NCBI GenBank assembly: GCA_023213395.1
Contig: CM041465.1
Span: forward strand, 196,485,741-196,549,740
DNA length: 64,000 bases
From: Cycas panzhihuaensis
Taxonomy: Eukaryota; Plantae; Cycadophyta
Reading direction: 5' to 3'
Shown here: positions 24,701 through 38,369 of the stretch, piece by piece
Position numbering within the stretch: position 1 is the first letter of the stretch
Layout of the letters: every line of letters starts with the position of its first letter
Notes under the pieces: model-generated
Databases searched by the model: none
Told to the model about the DNA's origin: nothing
Seen by the model: only the letters and a program-made list of their open reading frames with translations
Program-made: the position numbers and the translations under genes

Positions 24701-26252
24701 AAAGGCAGTCTTTTGTCATTGGGAGGAAGTGTCTCCAAAGATGCAATCAACAAATGATGATGTGGACCAAGGGTGCTAAATTCTCTTGGAATTTCGGTAG
24801 CATAACGATGTAGTTTTTGCCTCTCAACTTGGTCTCCCCTTCAATGGACAAAATGGAGAGATTTATAGATGAGGGCAACGGTGAGAAGGTTGGTTTTTAA
24901 CCCACAACGTGGGAGAAAACAAAGGGACAAATCTATGAGTTATGCTCATGGATTCAGATGAAAAACCACATGGGAAGAAGGAATTTGGGTATGATTTTCC
25001 CTCTTTAGGGCACCCAAATCTCATGAGTGCCGATGTGGGGCTGACACAAGCTACCTAGGACTGACAGGGGTGCATTAATTAGTCAACTGTCGCCTTGGAG
25101 ATAAAATCTAGGTAGATGACAGTCATACTGCAATTATATTTGAGGTACCATTGTTGCATGCAAAATATACAACTGTTCAACAACAGACAGGGATTTTCAA
25201 TAAAAAAACACATGAAAACAATCCAAAAACTCATCAATGAAGAGACCTAGGTGTAGACACATACAACATGAGGTGGCTAACAACGAGATTAAGTACAAAC
25301 AATGGATCGAAACGAGACTAAAAGAATGTTGCAGGGGGGGTAAACACCTGTGCTAATTCAAGAAGCCAGATGGGTGGACTAACAACCAACAACCAAAGTC
25401 GTACTCATCATCAATTAAAGTATACATGGACTATCTTACAAAGCAAGCAAGTAAATGAAGATATACACCCACTATCTATGATCATGATATGGAAAATCAA
25501 TAAGATATAAAGAGTAATGAAGCATACCTCCACTTACCTATTTGCCATAGTGTCCATGCTGTTCTTGAAAGCCGGAAAACACCTGTGACTCTTTCTCAAC
25601 GATAAACCACAAACTAAGAGAGAGAATCAAATGTGCATTCCTTTGAACAAGTCACCGTGGCCCTTCAATTTTATCTACACAAGTGATTTCTCATTCCATT
25701 CATAGTTAACTCTTTTAAGCATTTTTGTGTATAAGATCGTATGCATACGATCATGGCCATCTCAAGCATCCCTATGCAGAGGTCATTCTCAAACATCCTT
25801 GAGCAAAAGAGTATATGCATCCCTATGCATATAATCACACTCTTGAGCATCCCTATGTAAGAAAATAGCATACATCCATGTGTACACAAGTAGCTAGGAT
25901 CTTACAAGCCACGGTTTCAAGTTCAAGCACCTGAGTTACTCATCCTCAGGCATCCCTACGCAAGAGGTCATTCTCAAACATCCCTATGCATATAATCACA
26001 CTCTTGAGCATCCCTCTGCAAGAAAATGGCATACATCCCTATGTATGCAAATAGCTAGGGTCTTACAAGGCATGGTCTCAAGTTCAAATTTGTGAGTTAA
26101 AGGTGATTAAGAACTTTGCCATAAGGATAAGCCCATAATTATAATAAATAAACAATATAATTTCATTTTCACCATGGCAATAAAGAGAATTTGCAAGCAT
26201 AGAATCATAAAAGAAATTCATTATTTTTTCATAATTCATTCAATGAAACTTA
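21778..26252. mobile_element. Unresolved non-coding LTR/UTR-like retroelement sequence
   Basis: No credible ORF; lies directly after the PPT and has LTR-like composition; boundaries not resolved. Confidence 0.35.
25760..26087. repeat. Imperfect two-copy tandem repeat (~160-185 bp) with GCATCCCTATG subrepeats
   Basis: GAGGTCATTCTCAAACATCC...ATAATCACACTCTTGAGCATCCC...TAGCTAGG.TCTTACAAG...CAAGTTCAA occurs twice. Confidence 0.85.
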
Positions 26253-29200
26253 TGTTAAAGATATTGTTTATCCCTATATAACTTATGATTCTAGGATTAT
26301 AACTTATGTTTGTATCTTAGATAATTAAGGGTTATGCATCATTTCCCCTCTTTACGCATGTAGGACACTTGTCACTTATGCAAAGGGTCTTTTCTTGTAT
26401 TTATGCACATTCTCTCAATGGATTAATCAATGAATGATTACTCATTTTGTCTTCATGGTATTAGAGCAAATTTAGTTTGCTTTTTGAGTTTTTTTTTTTT
26501 TTCTGTCGTGCATGAATTGAAGGGATCACATGTGGAGGCTTCAATTAAAAGAAAAAACACACTTTTTTTTTGTTGAACAAAAGATTATATGGACTTGTAC
26601 GGATGAGAATTTTTAATGTCATTAGAATATGATGAAATTTCACCAGTAGGTGCACCTCTTCAAGGGGATAATTCTATCCAAAAAGATTGAGTGTAGATTT
26701 GAAGTTTAAATGCCAGAAACTAAAAAAAAATAGAGGGGTAGTCGAAAATCTTCTAGTAAAGATTTCTCTTAGATTTTTGAGTTTCAGTGGGCAAACTACC
26801 TATCATTAGAAAGCTCGTGATGAGATCTACACATTGGTACTTGATTTTGTTCAAATCGAGGAACGTATAAGAAAATATGAGCGAAAAGGGCAAAAAACCC
26901 TAGCCACCATTGTGAGCTTTAGATGTTGTCTTCTCCTTAACCACAACTAAGTTTAAAATTCCGTCTGTTGAATCAAAACATCTCAGAGATCTTGAGTTTG
27001 CATTTTTTTTGAATTTGTTCTTGTACCTGCTAAAATCATACAATCTGTACGGTTGTACGGACCTGTATTGTACAATCACTTTTTCATAATTTTAGTTCTA
27101 TCTTTTTCATGATGGCTTCAATCTATACACTCCCTAAACATGAAAGGTTGACTAGAGATAATTTCAGTTCATGGAAAGAAAAAATACGAGCAATTCTATT
27201 TGCAAAAGGAATGTGGGAGCAGACCGAAAATATCCTACCTATCACAACCACTTGGAGATGTTGAAGATAAAGAATTTGATGAACGTGACCATTATGCCCT
27301 TATTGTAATTACTCTCTCTGTTGCGGATCATGTGTTGCCATACATAATCCAAGTTAACTTTATTCACGAGGCTTGGAGTATTTTATCTTCTCTTTATGCA
27401 CAAGAAAATGTAGCTAGGGTTCTTTACTTAAAAGAAGAATTGTACAAAGAGAAAATGTCATAAAATAAAAGTGTAACCAAATTTCTCACTAGGTTAAAAG
27501 GCCTACATGAAAATCTAGCAACTGCAAGAATTAAGGTAGATGGGCAAGAATTAGTACAACTAGTACTAAATAAGCTTCCCAAGTCGTGTGAAAATTTTGC
27601 CACTATACCCCTCTTTATTGATGTAAAAAATATGTCTTTTGATGTCCAGCGTGGTCAGTTGCTTCAATTTGAACAAAGATAGAAAAACTATGAAGAATCT
27701 AACTTAGAAAATGCTTTTGCTTCAAAAACCAAAATTTATGAAAGGAGAGTTCAATCTCAACCTAGAGGAGGATTTGTGGAAAGGGCTCAAAGAAATCCAC
27801 CTCTTGGTTCTAAAGTCCCATCCCAAAGAATAATGTGCTTTTATTGTAGGAAACTGGGACATTTTGCAAAAGATTGCAGGCACAGAAATACAAACATTGC
27901 TTGGGGCAAAAAGGCAACAAGAAATTTCAGTGGAGAAAAAGAATAAGAGGATGGCAATATTGAAGAAACAACATTTGTAGTAGCTTTATCTACTAAGATC
28001 TTATCTCAAAGTGATTAGTACATAGACTTGAGAGCCTCCAAACACATAACCCCCATGCGTGACTAGTTCGTGAAGATCAACAAGGATAGGAATGTGGTTG
28101 TAATTGAGCTTGGAAATAATACTACTCACCCCATCCAAGGAAAAGGCACAATATGAGTAATAGTTGATGGAGAAATACAAACGGTTGGCAATGTTTTATA
28201 TATACCAAGGATGAAAAAGAATCTCCTTTTTGTATCTCAGATGACTCAAAAGAATCTTAAGGTCATCTTTGAAGTCAATGAATGCCACATCAAAAATAAA
28301 AATAAAGAAACCATAAGAAGAAAAGTAGAAGAAAATGGGCTTTAGAAATTCATAGCTACTCCTACAACTCTAGTTCCTCAAGCCCTCTCTATAAATCTTG
28401 ATAATAAGAGTGAAATATGGCATTTAAAGTATGGGCATCTTTCTTATGACTGTTTGTCTTAGCTAAAAACACACAATATAGTAGAAGGTCTTCCTCCTAT
28501 TAAAAGAGCTTAATTAATTTGCAAAGGGTGCATACTAGGAAAGCAACATCAATAAAGATTTCGCCAAAGCTCTTGGCAATCTTAGAACAAGTTTGAGCTT
28601 ATTCACAGTGATATCTGTGACCCTATTACTATAGTTTCAATAGGAGGAACCAGTACTATTTGGCATTTATAGATGATTGCATGAGGAGAATTTGGATCTG
28701 CTTACTCAAAAACAATTCTGAAACATTTCATATCTTCAAGGAATTCAAAGTCCAAGTTGAAAAGGAGAGTGAAACAAAGACCAAGATCCTAAGGACAGAT
28801 AGCTCAGCACAACCTACACCGCTTAGATCAATGGAAGGAATAACTCTTGAAGAAGCTTGGATAGGCAAAAAACCAAACATCTCACATCTTAGAGTTTTTG
28901 GTTGCACAACCTTTGCTCACATTTCCAAAGAAAAAAGGAAGAAACTATTTAATAAAAGCCAAAAATGCATTCTTATAGGCTACAGTGAAAATCCAAGGCA
29001 TACAAATGCATGGATCTCAAAAGTAACAAAATAATCATAAGTAAAAATGTCACCTTTGATGAGTCTCTATCCAATAATTTAGTTTAGGGATCAGAATCCT
29101 CTCCTCTTTACTTAGTAGATAAAGAAGATTGTAAAAGACTCTCAAATAGAAGACATTCAAGCAAGTACACAAAAAGCCACATCAAGCAAACAAGGTAATC

Positions 29201-31121
29201 CTACAGATGGGCAACATACTGCAACAAGGAGAGTGCCTAAATGGTATGTTAAGACTCTACAGGATTCAAGAATCCAAAATATTGAAAATTTAGGAAGAGG
29301 AATGACCAAAAGTCAAGTTCAACATTCTTTTCTATGTAACATTGAACCTGTAACTTATGAAGAAGAGGAAAGACCAAAAGTCAGGTCCAACATTCTCTTC
29401 TATGTAACACTAAGCCTGTAACTTATGAAGAAGGTAATACAAACAAAAATTGGGTACAAGCCATGGACAAGGAAATCAGCACAATCAAAAGGAATAATTC
29501 CTGGGATCTAGTTCCACCACCGCCAAATAAACCCATTATAGGATGTAAATGGGTCTTCAAAACAAAAGAAAATGCAAATAGAACTATTGAGAAACATAAG
29601 GCTCAACTAATTGCTTCAGACTATACCCAAACCAAAGAAATAGACTACGACGAAACTTTTGCTTCTGTAGCAAAAATGATCATTGTCAGAACTATCTTAG
29701 CTACTACTTCACAACATGGGTGGGAAGTGTACCATATGGACATTAAAGGATCATTCCTTAATGGTAACCTATAAAAGAGGTCTACATGGAATAGCCGCTT
29801 GGTTACATAAAGGATGAAGAAGAGTACTTCGTGTGTAAATTAAAAAAAACTCTATATGGGCTAAAACATGCACCAAGATCCCCGTACAACAAGATAGACC
29901 AACATCTAAAACAATGTGGATTCTTTAGATGTGAAACTGATCCAAGTCTTTATATACACAAAACAACAAATAAAAAAATTACCATAATTGTTCTACATGT
30001 AGATGATCTCTTCACCATTGGAGACAACATAGAAAGAATATCAGAAACAAAACACATCATGAGCACATCCTTTGAGATGACAACGTTGGGGCTACCTGGA
30101 AGTGGAGGTGGATCAATAGCAAAACAAAATATTTCTGTCGCAAAGCAAATATGCTAGAAGACTGTTGTCTAACTTCAATATGGAAGATTGTAAATCAGTA
30201 GCCATGCCAATGGAAACAAGGAACAAATCTACTACAAATGATGAAGGGCAATCGGTAGGAAAGTTTATCTATTTCACAACAACCAAACATGATATTGTAT
30301 ATGTTGTTGGAATAATCTCTAGGTACATGACATCTCCCAAGGAGATTTACTGGAAAATGGCTAAAATAATACTTAAATATATTAAAAGAACCCTTGATTT
30401 AGGGTTACAATATTCAAAAACCCAAGCAATCAAACTGATTGGATACACAGATTCTGATTGAGTAGGAGAAATCAATGATAGGAAATCCACTACCAGGTAT
30501 TGTTTCAGCTTAGGCATAGGGATCATCTCATGGTGTAGCAAAAAACAACCAATTATTGCATTGTCCTCAATAGAAGCTGAATACAAGGCTACTGTGAGCA
30601 CCTTTTATGAAGCCATCTGGCTTAAAAGGATGTTAGAAGAACTAAATCAGTCACAATCTTCTCCAATTCCAATATACTATGACAACCAAAGCGCAATCAA
30701 GATAACAAAAAACCCAATTTTTCATGCGAGGACAAAGCACATCAAAGTTCATCATAATTTTATTTGAGAAAATGTTCAACAAAGGAAATAAAACTGCTAT
30801 ACTGCCCAAGTGAAGAATAATTAGCATATATCTTCACCAAGGTTCTAGAGAAACAGAAATTTCAACATCTCAAGCAACGAATTGGAACTGGATTAAGGGA
30901 ATAAATATTATGGAGGGGTGTTAGAGATAGTGTTTATTCCAATATAACTTATGATCCTAGGATTATAACTTATGTTTGTATCTTAGATAATTAAGGGTTA
31001 TGTGTCATTTCCCCTCTTTACGCATGTAGGGCACTTATCACTCATGCAAAGGGTCTTCTCTTGTATTTATGCACATTCTGTCAATGGATTAAGCAATAAA
31101 TGATTACTCATTCTGTCTTCA
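26253..31121 (+). mobile_element. Degenerate Ty1/Copia element with both LTRs
   Basis: 203-bp LTRs 26253-26455 and 30919-31121 (~15 mismatches by eye); PBS TGGTATTAGAGC at 26456; PPT GGAGGGG; TSD ACTTA/ACTTG; gag, CFYCRKLGHFAKDC, integrase, RT and RNase H fragments. Confidence 0.95.
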
Positions 31122-31472
31122 ACTTGCAATATATATCACTTCATTCTTCATCTTGATACCATATGTTCAAAAACAAAATTTGCAAAATGCATAAAAAAAA
31201 TCATTCATCATGAATAACAATTACCCACATAACATTCATCATAGCTGAAACTAAACCACAGAACTGTGATTTTATTTTCTCATCATACAACATACACATT
31301 TCTGTCATAAACTTAAAACAAAAATTTCCTTTTAAAACCTTAGAACTACATTTAATTTTTTAAACAACTCTTGATGCTAACTAGGGTTTATATTAATTAA
31401 TGCTTTAGATTTGTCTTAATAGAAAATAAATTTTTAAAATGCATGTTGTATGCACATGATCATCTATATATG

Positions 31473-31736
31473 TATACCATGATAAGTGATGGAAAGTGGA
31501 AAGTGAATGCAGGGTTTGAATGCCAAAATACTACTTTCTGTTTTCTACAATGAAGTTAAGAATTTTGCATGGATGTGATGATAATTTTTATGGGCTATAT
31601 ATATATCTCCACAGCCCATAAAAATTATCATCACAAGCATGCAAAATTCTCAACTTTACTTTAGAAAACAGAAAGCAGTATTTTCACAATCAAACCCTAG
31701 GTTCACTTTCCACTTTCCATCATTTAGTGTGGTATA
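31473..31736. repeat. Long imperfect inverted repeat (foldback); candidate hairpin-RNA locus or MITE-like element
   Basis: Core arms 31487-31596 and 31613-31722 pair without indels (~12 mismatches); ~16-nt loop. Confidence 0.9.
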
Positions 31737-32375
31737 TCTAGGGTTATTTATTTGTCAAATTTCAGAACTCCATTTATGCATATTAAAACATTGTTTTCAC
31801 TCTAACAATTTTATGCAATTTCAAAACTTTCTGTAGAAAATTAAATTTCTACTATTATTTTTAATGAAAGCTGAGTGGGGCGCACAAGGGAAGTTAGCTT
31901 GATTTTTAGGGTTAAGTTGATGATTAATTTCCCTCTTGCGACAGTTTGTCTGCTCCATTTCATTATCATAATTACATGACAAAGAAGACTTTGTTGCAGA
32001 ACCCACCTGATTATAAGTTATGGTGTCATTTGAAGGACCAAGAAGGCAATCTCTAACTCTAGCTAGAGACCATGTAATCTCATAGTCATGAAAATTTCAT
32101 TTAAATCTCCCTTTCAATTAATCCACACAATGGACATGTTTCCATTCAAGGGCATTACATTTTGGAGCCATTCTTCACTGTTGAGTGCTGATAGAAACGA
32201 AAGAAAAGGAATCGTTGTTTACTATTGTTCACTTTACTGCCACTTGCAATTCCTTTTTGCTATGAAACATTAACGAAAGTAAAGTTGTTTGATACTTTAA
32301 CTTTCAAGCAACTAATGGAAAAAGGTAACCAAATTACTTCCATAAACTCAAACAAATATATTTGAAGGAAAATAA

Positions 32376-34190
32376 ACCTAAATGCATCTTAGGTTGTCTT
32401 TTCTGTTTTTGTGCCAATTTTGCATGCAAACATCATGCAGGGCTCTTCTGTACCTCCTTAAAATGAGACTCGTCTTCTTCAAATCAACCTGCAACTCTTC
32501 AAATCAGTTTAGAACTGGCTCTAAATCTTTGATCCTTGCTTTCTTCAACACTGCTCCCAGAAACAGGCTATCTTTTTGTTCAAAAGCATGGACACAGACT
32601 TTTCTGGAGACATGTTTGTGGCTTTTCTAAAGATGCAGTCGTGACTTTCCTAGAGACATGACTGTGCATTCAGTGTTCACATTGCAGTTAACTGTCAGGC
32701 TCTCGGTATTTTTGTTCCTCTACATTTTTTCTTCAATCTTGTCTCTGCATTTTATTTTTCCTGCTCTCTTCTCTCAAATATTTTTCACTGCCACATATTT
32801 CAGCTGCTTGATTGAGGTTTCAAGCTCCTCTGTTAATTTACCTGTGGATTTAGAGTTTCAAGCAAAACCAAAGATATGATGCGGTATCATGTCTCTCTTT
32901 CTATATAGTCAATGCAGATAGACTGTGATTCAAAAAAAAAAAGGTGAATATTCAGCATTTAATCTGTTACACCCTAGCAAAATGATTTAAGCACAAATTT
33001 ATTTTTTATTGTGAATATTACTTCCTGTGGAGGCACCGTAAGCACTTGAAGCATTTTACCAAATTTTGGTTTTCCCTTGTTAAGAGGATCATGTCTGCAA
33101 TCTTTTGAAGAATGAGTTCAAGTGCAATGTATCTCACACCATGCTTGTGGCTAATTCTGTTGACAAAAGTGTTGTCGATGTGATTGTGGCACCGGTGGTT
33201 GTGCAGCTTGATACTAAAGCAGTTGCTGGAAATTAAGTAGCAGTCAAAAAACACAAACATAGGCGTGTGGGGGGCACACTGCAATTGTAAAATATATATT
33301 GCCAAAGCCTAGAATTGACCTGTTCACAATGCTATAGCAACTTGAGTGGAGTCGAGAGTGGAGTCGAGGGAAGGCCAAAAAAGTTGATACACTTCTGCTT
33401 TAGGCTGTTCAAAATACAATGCCTATGGCTGAATGTGTGGTCCGTGATAATGGTCCACCATACGTTAGGCCTCAGTCTATGACACTTAGGTGCAACTGCC
33501 AACCTTTGCAAAGCTGACTGCATTCATGATAACCTATTCTCAAGCTCTGTGAAGAATCCCAGAGTCTAATCCATCTGGATTGTTTTGGGTACCCCTTTTC
33601 TCAAAGTATCAGGCTAATTCCATTGCCCTGGAGCAATGACATGTGGCTGAAAACCAGAGATGATCCAATCTATCTTGTTTCATTTGTCCATCACAAAAGG
33701 AACTTCAGCCAGGCAATCACAGCTCCACCTCCAATAAGCCCTCACTGATTTTCTAAACATGAAATAGTTCTGCTTCAGTTGAGCAAAAGCTCTATGTGAA
33801 AGCTTCCCTTGCTCATATGCTTGTTTAAAGTTAGTGTTTGACACATCCCGCTTGGTCAATTAGCTGCCTTCTTCACCTTTCGAAAACCAGAGGATGGTTC
33901 CAAAGAGTAATCCTGTAAAGAACTATCCTATGGTAGACCTCAGCAACTTCATAAGCATTCCAGGCCAACTAGATGAGCACAGGTGCATTCCGACATCCCT
34001 AATGTCTTCACAGTTTAGGACCCACACCTTTAGTGGTGGAACAATGTATGGCATAGGGAAGTGAGCACTCTCCAAATTGAATAACTCAGTCAGACTGTAA
34101 GCAGAGTCTTCCTCGTCACTGGCTTCGACAGGTACCACATACCCCAATTTGTCCAACTGCTGAGTCTTGGGTTTCACCCCAGGAAAGTAA
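32376..34190 (-). pseudogene. Decayed two-exon gene, possibly PMD-like domain plus coiled coil
   Basis: One reading frame stays protein-like through scattered stops (~34190-33330); candidate intron 33021-32843 (GTAATA...CCACAG); distal exon reads like a coiled coil. Confidence 0.35.
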
Positions 34191-34777
34191 AATGGATAAA
34201 GACAATAAAATTTCACTGTCTAGCATGTGATCTGACATGAACATCATGCAGGTTAGTATTTCCAAGATTCTGTAATAAATCAAAGAGATAACACAAACTA
34301 GGAGAGTTAGGTTCCTTATCCTGGAACAACATACCAGGGAACAGACATACAAGAAGATTAAGAACCACGAGACTTTCAGTTTCAGATGTAAGGATTTTTC
34401 TGGGTCCAGGCCCATTCAATTAACTTCAATAAGCCTCACAAAAGGATAAGACAAAAGGTTACACAGGTATACATGCTATTCAGCTAATCCCAATGTCAGA
34501 AAAAATGGAACAATATGCTAAATAAGTGACTGTTCAGAAATAGGCTCCAAAAGACCTGCATATATGGTGTGATTAAAACAAAAAGCAACCCACTCTTAAT
34601 GTACAACATTAACATTACATGGCCTCCAAAGGTCGGAGGAATTATTCCATAAAAACATTTCCTGAGACTTCCGTCTTTTGATCAATGTGACAAATGTCAT
34701 ACATTGGCTAGAACAAGAACTTATGATACAAAGAATTGATTCTTCCAACTCCCTATATAATATTTCCCTTGAATACG

Positions 34778-37153
34778 TCAACTCAATTCCCTCAATCTTT
34801 TTATCAACGAGTCTAGAGATTTTCGCTTGGGATTTTGCTTCAAAGTCCGTCCACCAAAGCTGCCAAAGAGTCTGTCAGATGAATCCCTGAATTTCTCAGA
34901 AATCATGACTACCTTTCTGTAGTCCAAAGCACTATAATGCTTCTCCCTTATAACAGGATTGATGAAGTTCTCAGGATGGTTACTCAACAAAAGATTAACT
35001 AACTGTCTTGCCTCTGCCAGGGGCTGCTTTAGATCCCTTCCATTCTCGAGTCCATCCAAGCCACTATCATGCAATTGACTGTCTGCAAAAGACTCCAACA
35101 TTTTCAAATCGGTATCAATTCCCATAACAGCATTGATATTGTACCGCTTGACATTATCCCTGAGAAATGTAGCCACAATACAGTCCGATACGTGCTTCAA
35201 AGCACCGCTGATCACCTTCTCCAAGGCATCCAAGGGTAGGATTTGCCGCGCCGTGGAAACTAATGTCTCCAAGTAAATTAGTAACTCATTTGCATACTCA
35301 TTACCGTTCTGTGGAAAATCATCAGGTCCCCAATTAATATTATCAGTCAACTGCATGAACTCCTCTACCTTAGATTTGAGAAGCCTAAGCATAGCCTCAT
35401 TTGCAGCATCCCTGGAGCTCTTCAATACATGTTGGGAGTGGGGACGTTCTGCCAAGCGTAGCGGAATACCCGATAGTTGAGCTGCATGCTTTGTGAAAAA
35501 CTCACAAGCACGTTCCAAAACTGACATGTTAGCAGCGATCTGCATCGCCTGAGATACACCGAAGGTGGAATTTCGGATGAATTTAAGCAGACCCTCATTC
35601 AAAACATCAGTCAACAGTTTATCCAAGTACCTCTTCGCCACATCATAAAAATCCATGTGACCTCCATAGGACAAATAGCTTACCGAATCCTCAATAAAAG
35701 ACCTCACAATTCGACAGCAATCCGGGACGGTGGAAGAAAATGGGGCAATGTAAGGGAAAGCAGGCATAATATCCGAGGTCTGAATATGAAATGCCAACAC
35801 ATTCATATTGTACTCATATTCCTTCTTCATCACCATCTGTTCATACTTGTCAGTTGCAAGAACTTCACTGATCTGCTTTCTACAATCATTGAGAAGAAGC
35901 TCATGGTATTTGTCCCTATTCCTATTCAAAACATCCAGAAGAGGGTCAACTCGGTAGCCATACCTTCTCAGTGTCACTCCAAGGAGGCTCACATAATCCT
36001 TGATCAGAAGGAGATGGTTTGCCGTCTGCATTCTCGAGAACTGATCCTCCAAAACCGAACACATTTTGTTCACTGCCGTATCCCAAATAACCTCGACCTT
36101 TGTCCTGGAGATCAACCCTCCTCCCGTTCTCAGCACCCGATCCTCCACAATGAAAAAACCCGCAATCTGTGAGAAGAACAGCTGGTGGCCTTCAAGGAAG
36201 GGTTGCATGCCAGAGATCTGAAAGTCTGAGTTGAGCTGCAGCTTTCGATTTTCGTAATAGTACTCCCTGAACTGCTCCTGCAGTCCAAGGCACGTATTGA
36301 TATGGTACGCCCTGTAGACAGGGGTTATATCAAATTTCAAGAAGGGCTCTCCATCCTCCATTTCTTCTGTTTCCAAAGCATACACGCAGTCCCTTAAACT
36401 GGATCTGCTCTGTTCCTCTGCCTGCCTCTGTCTACTTCTCAACTCCTCCTCTCTCTGCCGGGCCGAAGAGGCTTGGCTAATCGCCAATTGCCCAATTTCT
36501 CTGGAAATAGTTCTGATCTGAACCAGCCAGTCATTGAATTCCTTGCCCACTCTCTTCTCCACATGAGCTCTCATTGCAGGTATTCGCTTCTCCACCATCT
36601 GTCGCAGGGCCACCGCAGGAATCCTCTCCAAGTAATCCCTCTCAATGGCATCCAAACTCTTCAACACCATGTAATAATTGTCGCTTACAATATGCCTGTT
36701 TGCCTTGGCACTCAACTCCATCACCTGTGAGCATATCTTCATCCCATGGATTGCCTCTGTTATATTCCTCTTCACGCCCTCGGCTTCCAGATACTCTTCC
36801 AGCTTGGCCAGCAAGGGATTCCCCACCTCCTGCAACTCCGAATTAACCCCGGACAGCGCATTCTTAAGCTCGTCTGCATCCGCCAACAACCCCCGGAGCT
36901 CGTCCACCGCATGGATGAAATCCTGGTAGTGCAATTTGCATACGTCCTCTATCTCAAATTCCTTCTTCTTGACGAAATGCCGAAGCTGATGCAACAGTAA
37001 TTCGGGCTTCCCCACCTCGAAAACTTTTCTGACGAGGGGACCCAAGTCATCACCATTACCAATAATGGAGGACACGGCCAAATCTTCCTGATTCTCCTCC
37101 TTATCCCCATTCTCCACACTGGTGGCCCTTCTCCTCGGCTTAGCCTGCATCAT
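34778..37153 (-). CDS. SEC15: Exocyst complex component SEC15 (SEC15B-like), intronless CDS, 791 aa
   Basis: Uninterrupted ORF with [64 protein letters not shown] and C-terminal [10 protein letters not shown], typical of plant SEC15. Confidence 0.97.
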   Translation of the reverse strand: MMQAKPRRRATSVENGDKEENQEDLAVSSIIGNGDDLGPLVRKVFEVGKPELLLHQLRHFVKKKEFEIEDVCKLHYQDFIHAVDELRGLLADADELKNALSGVNSELQEVGNPLLAKLEEYLEAEGVKRNITEAIHGMKICSQVMELSAKANRHIVSDNYYMVLKSLDAIERDYLERIPAVALRQMVEKRIPAMRAHVEKRVGKEFNDWLVQIRTISREIGQLAISQASSARQREEELRSRQRQAEEQSRSSLRDCVYALETEEMEDGEPFLKFDITPVYRAYHINTCLGLQEQFREYYYENRKLQLNSDFQISGMQPFLEGHQLFFSQIAGFFIVEDRVLRTGGGLISRTKVEVIWDTAVNKMCSVLEDQFSRMQTANHLLLIKDYVSLLGVTLRRYGYRVDPLLDVLNRNRDKYHELLLNDCRKQISEVLATDKYEQMVMKKEYEYNMNVLAFHIQTSDIMPAFPYIAPFSSTVPDCCRIVRSFIEDSVSYLSYGGHMDFYDVAKRYLDKLLTDVLNEGLLKFIRNSTFGVSQAMQIAANMSVLERACEFFTKHAAQLSGIPLRLAERPHSQHVLKSSRDAANEAMLRLLKSKVEEFMQLTDNINWGPDDFPQNGNEYANELLIYLETLVSTARQILPLDALEKVISGALKHVSDCIVATFLRDNVKRYNINAVMGIDTDLKMLESFADSQLHDSGLDGLENGRDLKQPLAEARQLVNLLLSNHPENFINPVIREKHYSALDYRKVVMISEKFRDSSDRLFGSFGGRTLKQNPKRKSLDSLIKRLRELS

Positions 37154-38369
37154 TCTGCCTCAGATCTCAACGAATTTTACCGTAGAACAATTGCAATTCG
37201 ATACACAAAATTCGCAGGCTTCAGAACCCAAATATAGAAATTTTGGAGCTTTAGGAGGCCATCGTAGAAGAATCCCAACGTTCCTTCAACATACAGAGAA
37301 TCCGTGAACGGATATGAAACGGAGAACCTTGGATCTTCAGCTATTTAAAAAACTAAAAAACTAAATCCAAGGCCCTCTGGTTCAATTTGGGTTGTGATAA
37401 AGGCCGAATCGAGCGGAATTGGGGTGAAAGAAAAATTCAGAGAGAGCGGCAGGGCAACATGAAATCGATGGCGTATGCGCTGGCAGAAATTAATGGCACC
37501 TTTTGTCGTCTGCCATAACCTTTTCTTACACCCGCGTACCTTGCGTCGGTTCAGAGTCAACACGTGAGGTGCGGTGAACGAACAAAACCAAAATTCAAAA
37601 TAAGTAGTTGTCCTACTCCGATTCGGTGATCCGACTCACTCAGCTTTCCATGTCGTGTCGAGGAGACACCATGTAACCCTAATCCATTGTTTAGGGAGTA
37701 CTCCATGTCTTGGGCGGGGACTTCTAGACCGTCGTTGAGATAAAGTTTGTGGTTCTATGATGCAAGCACAAAGCAAATGGTGGTGTTGGAAAAATATCCT
37801 ATTAGCACTTAAATTGAGCTCTATTTAGGATTACTTAATATGGATTGAATTTTATAGTCTCCATATGTTGTGATAAGAGCCTATGAAATAGTTTAAGATT
37901 TTTTTTCTTCTTTTTTAATAAAAGAAAATCTCTAGCTACCCTTGGTATAAAATTTCGAAGGAAGGAGAATTTTCAAGATCTAAGTTTTTATATCATCTTT
38001 GTATTGGTTATCTTTAAAGTTGATATCGTCATTGTATAACTGATGCATATTCAACGAATTTTGGTCGGACTAATTTCTTTACAGCAACAGACGCCGATCA
38101 AATTATTTTCCTATAAAGTGACTTGTACTCATGGGTTATGAATCTGAATAACATCTTACGAATCCATCCAACCTCATGAGGCTTGAAATAGTTTGGAATT
38201 GTACTCTTGTGCATAATGAGTCACATAAATTATTGATGTTGGGGTAATTGTGAAGTTATTTATAAGGTGATCCATTTGAATGTTCCAAATATTTGTTTTA
38301 ATTGGCACGACACTAAACACTTGATCAAATATTACTCTTTATAACAAAATGAGATAAAGTTTATGTTAA

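Noticed and set aside
31702-31723. miR482/2118-like sequence in the foldback arm
   Set aside because: Resemblance is only pyrimidine-rich composition; too many differences to assign a family
35657-37000. Plus-strand ORFs overlapping SEC15
   Set aside because: Antisense shadow frames with no motifs
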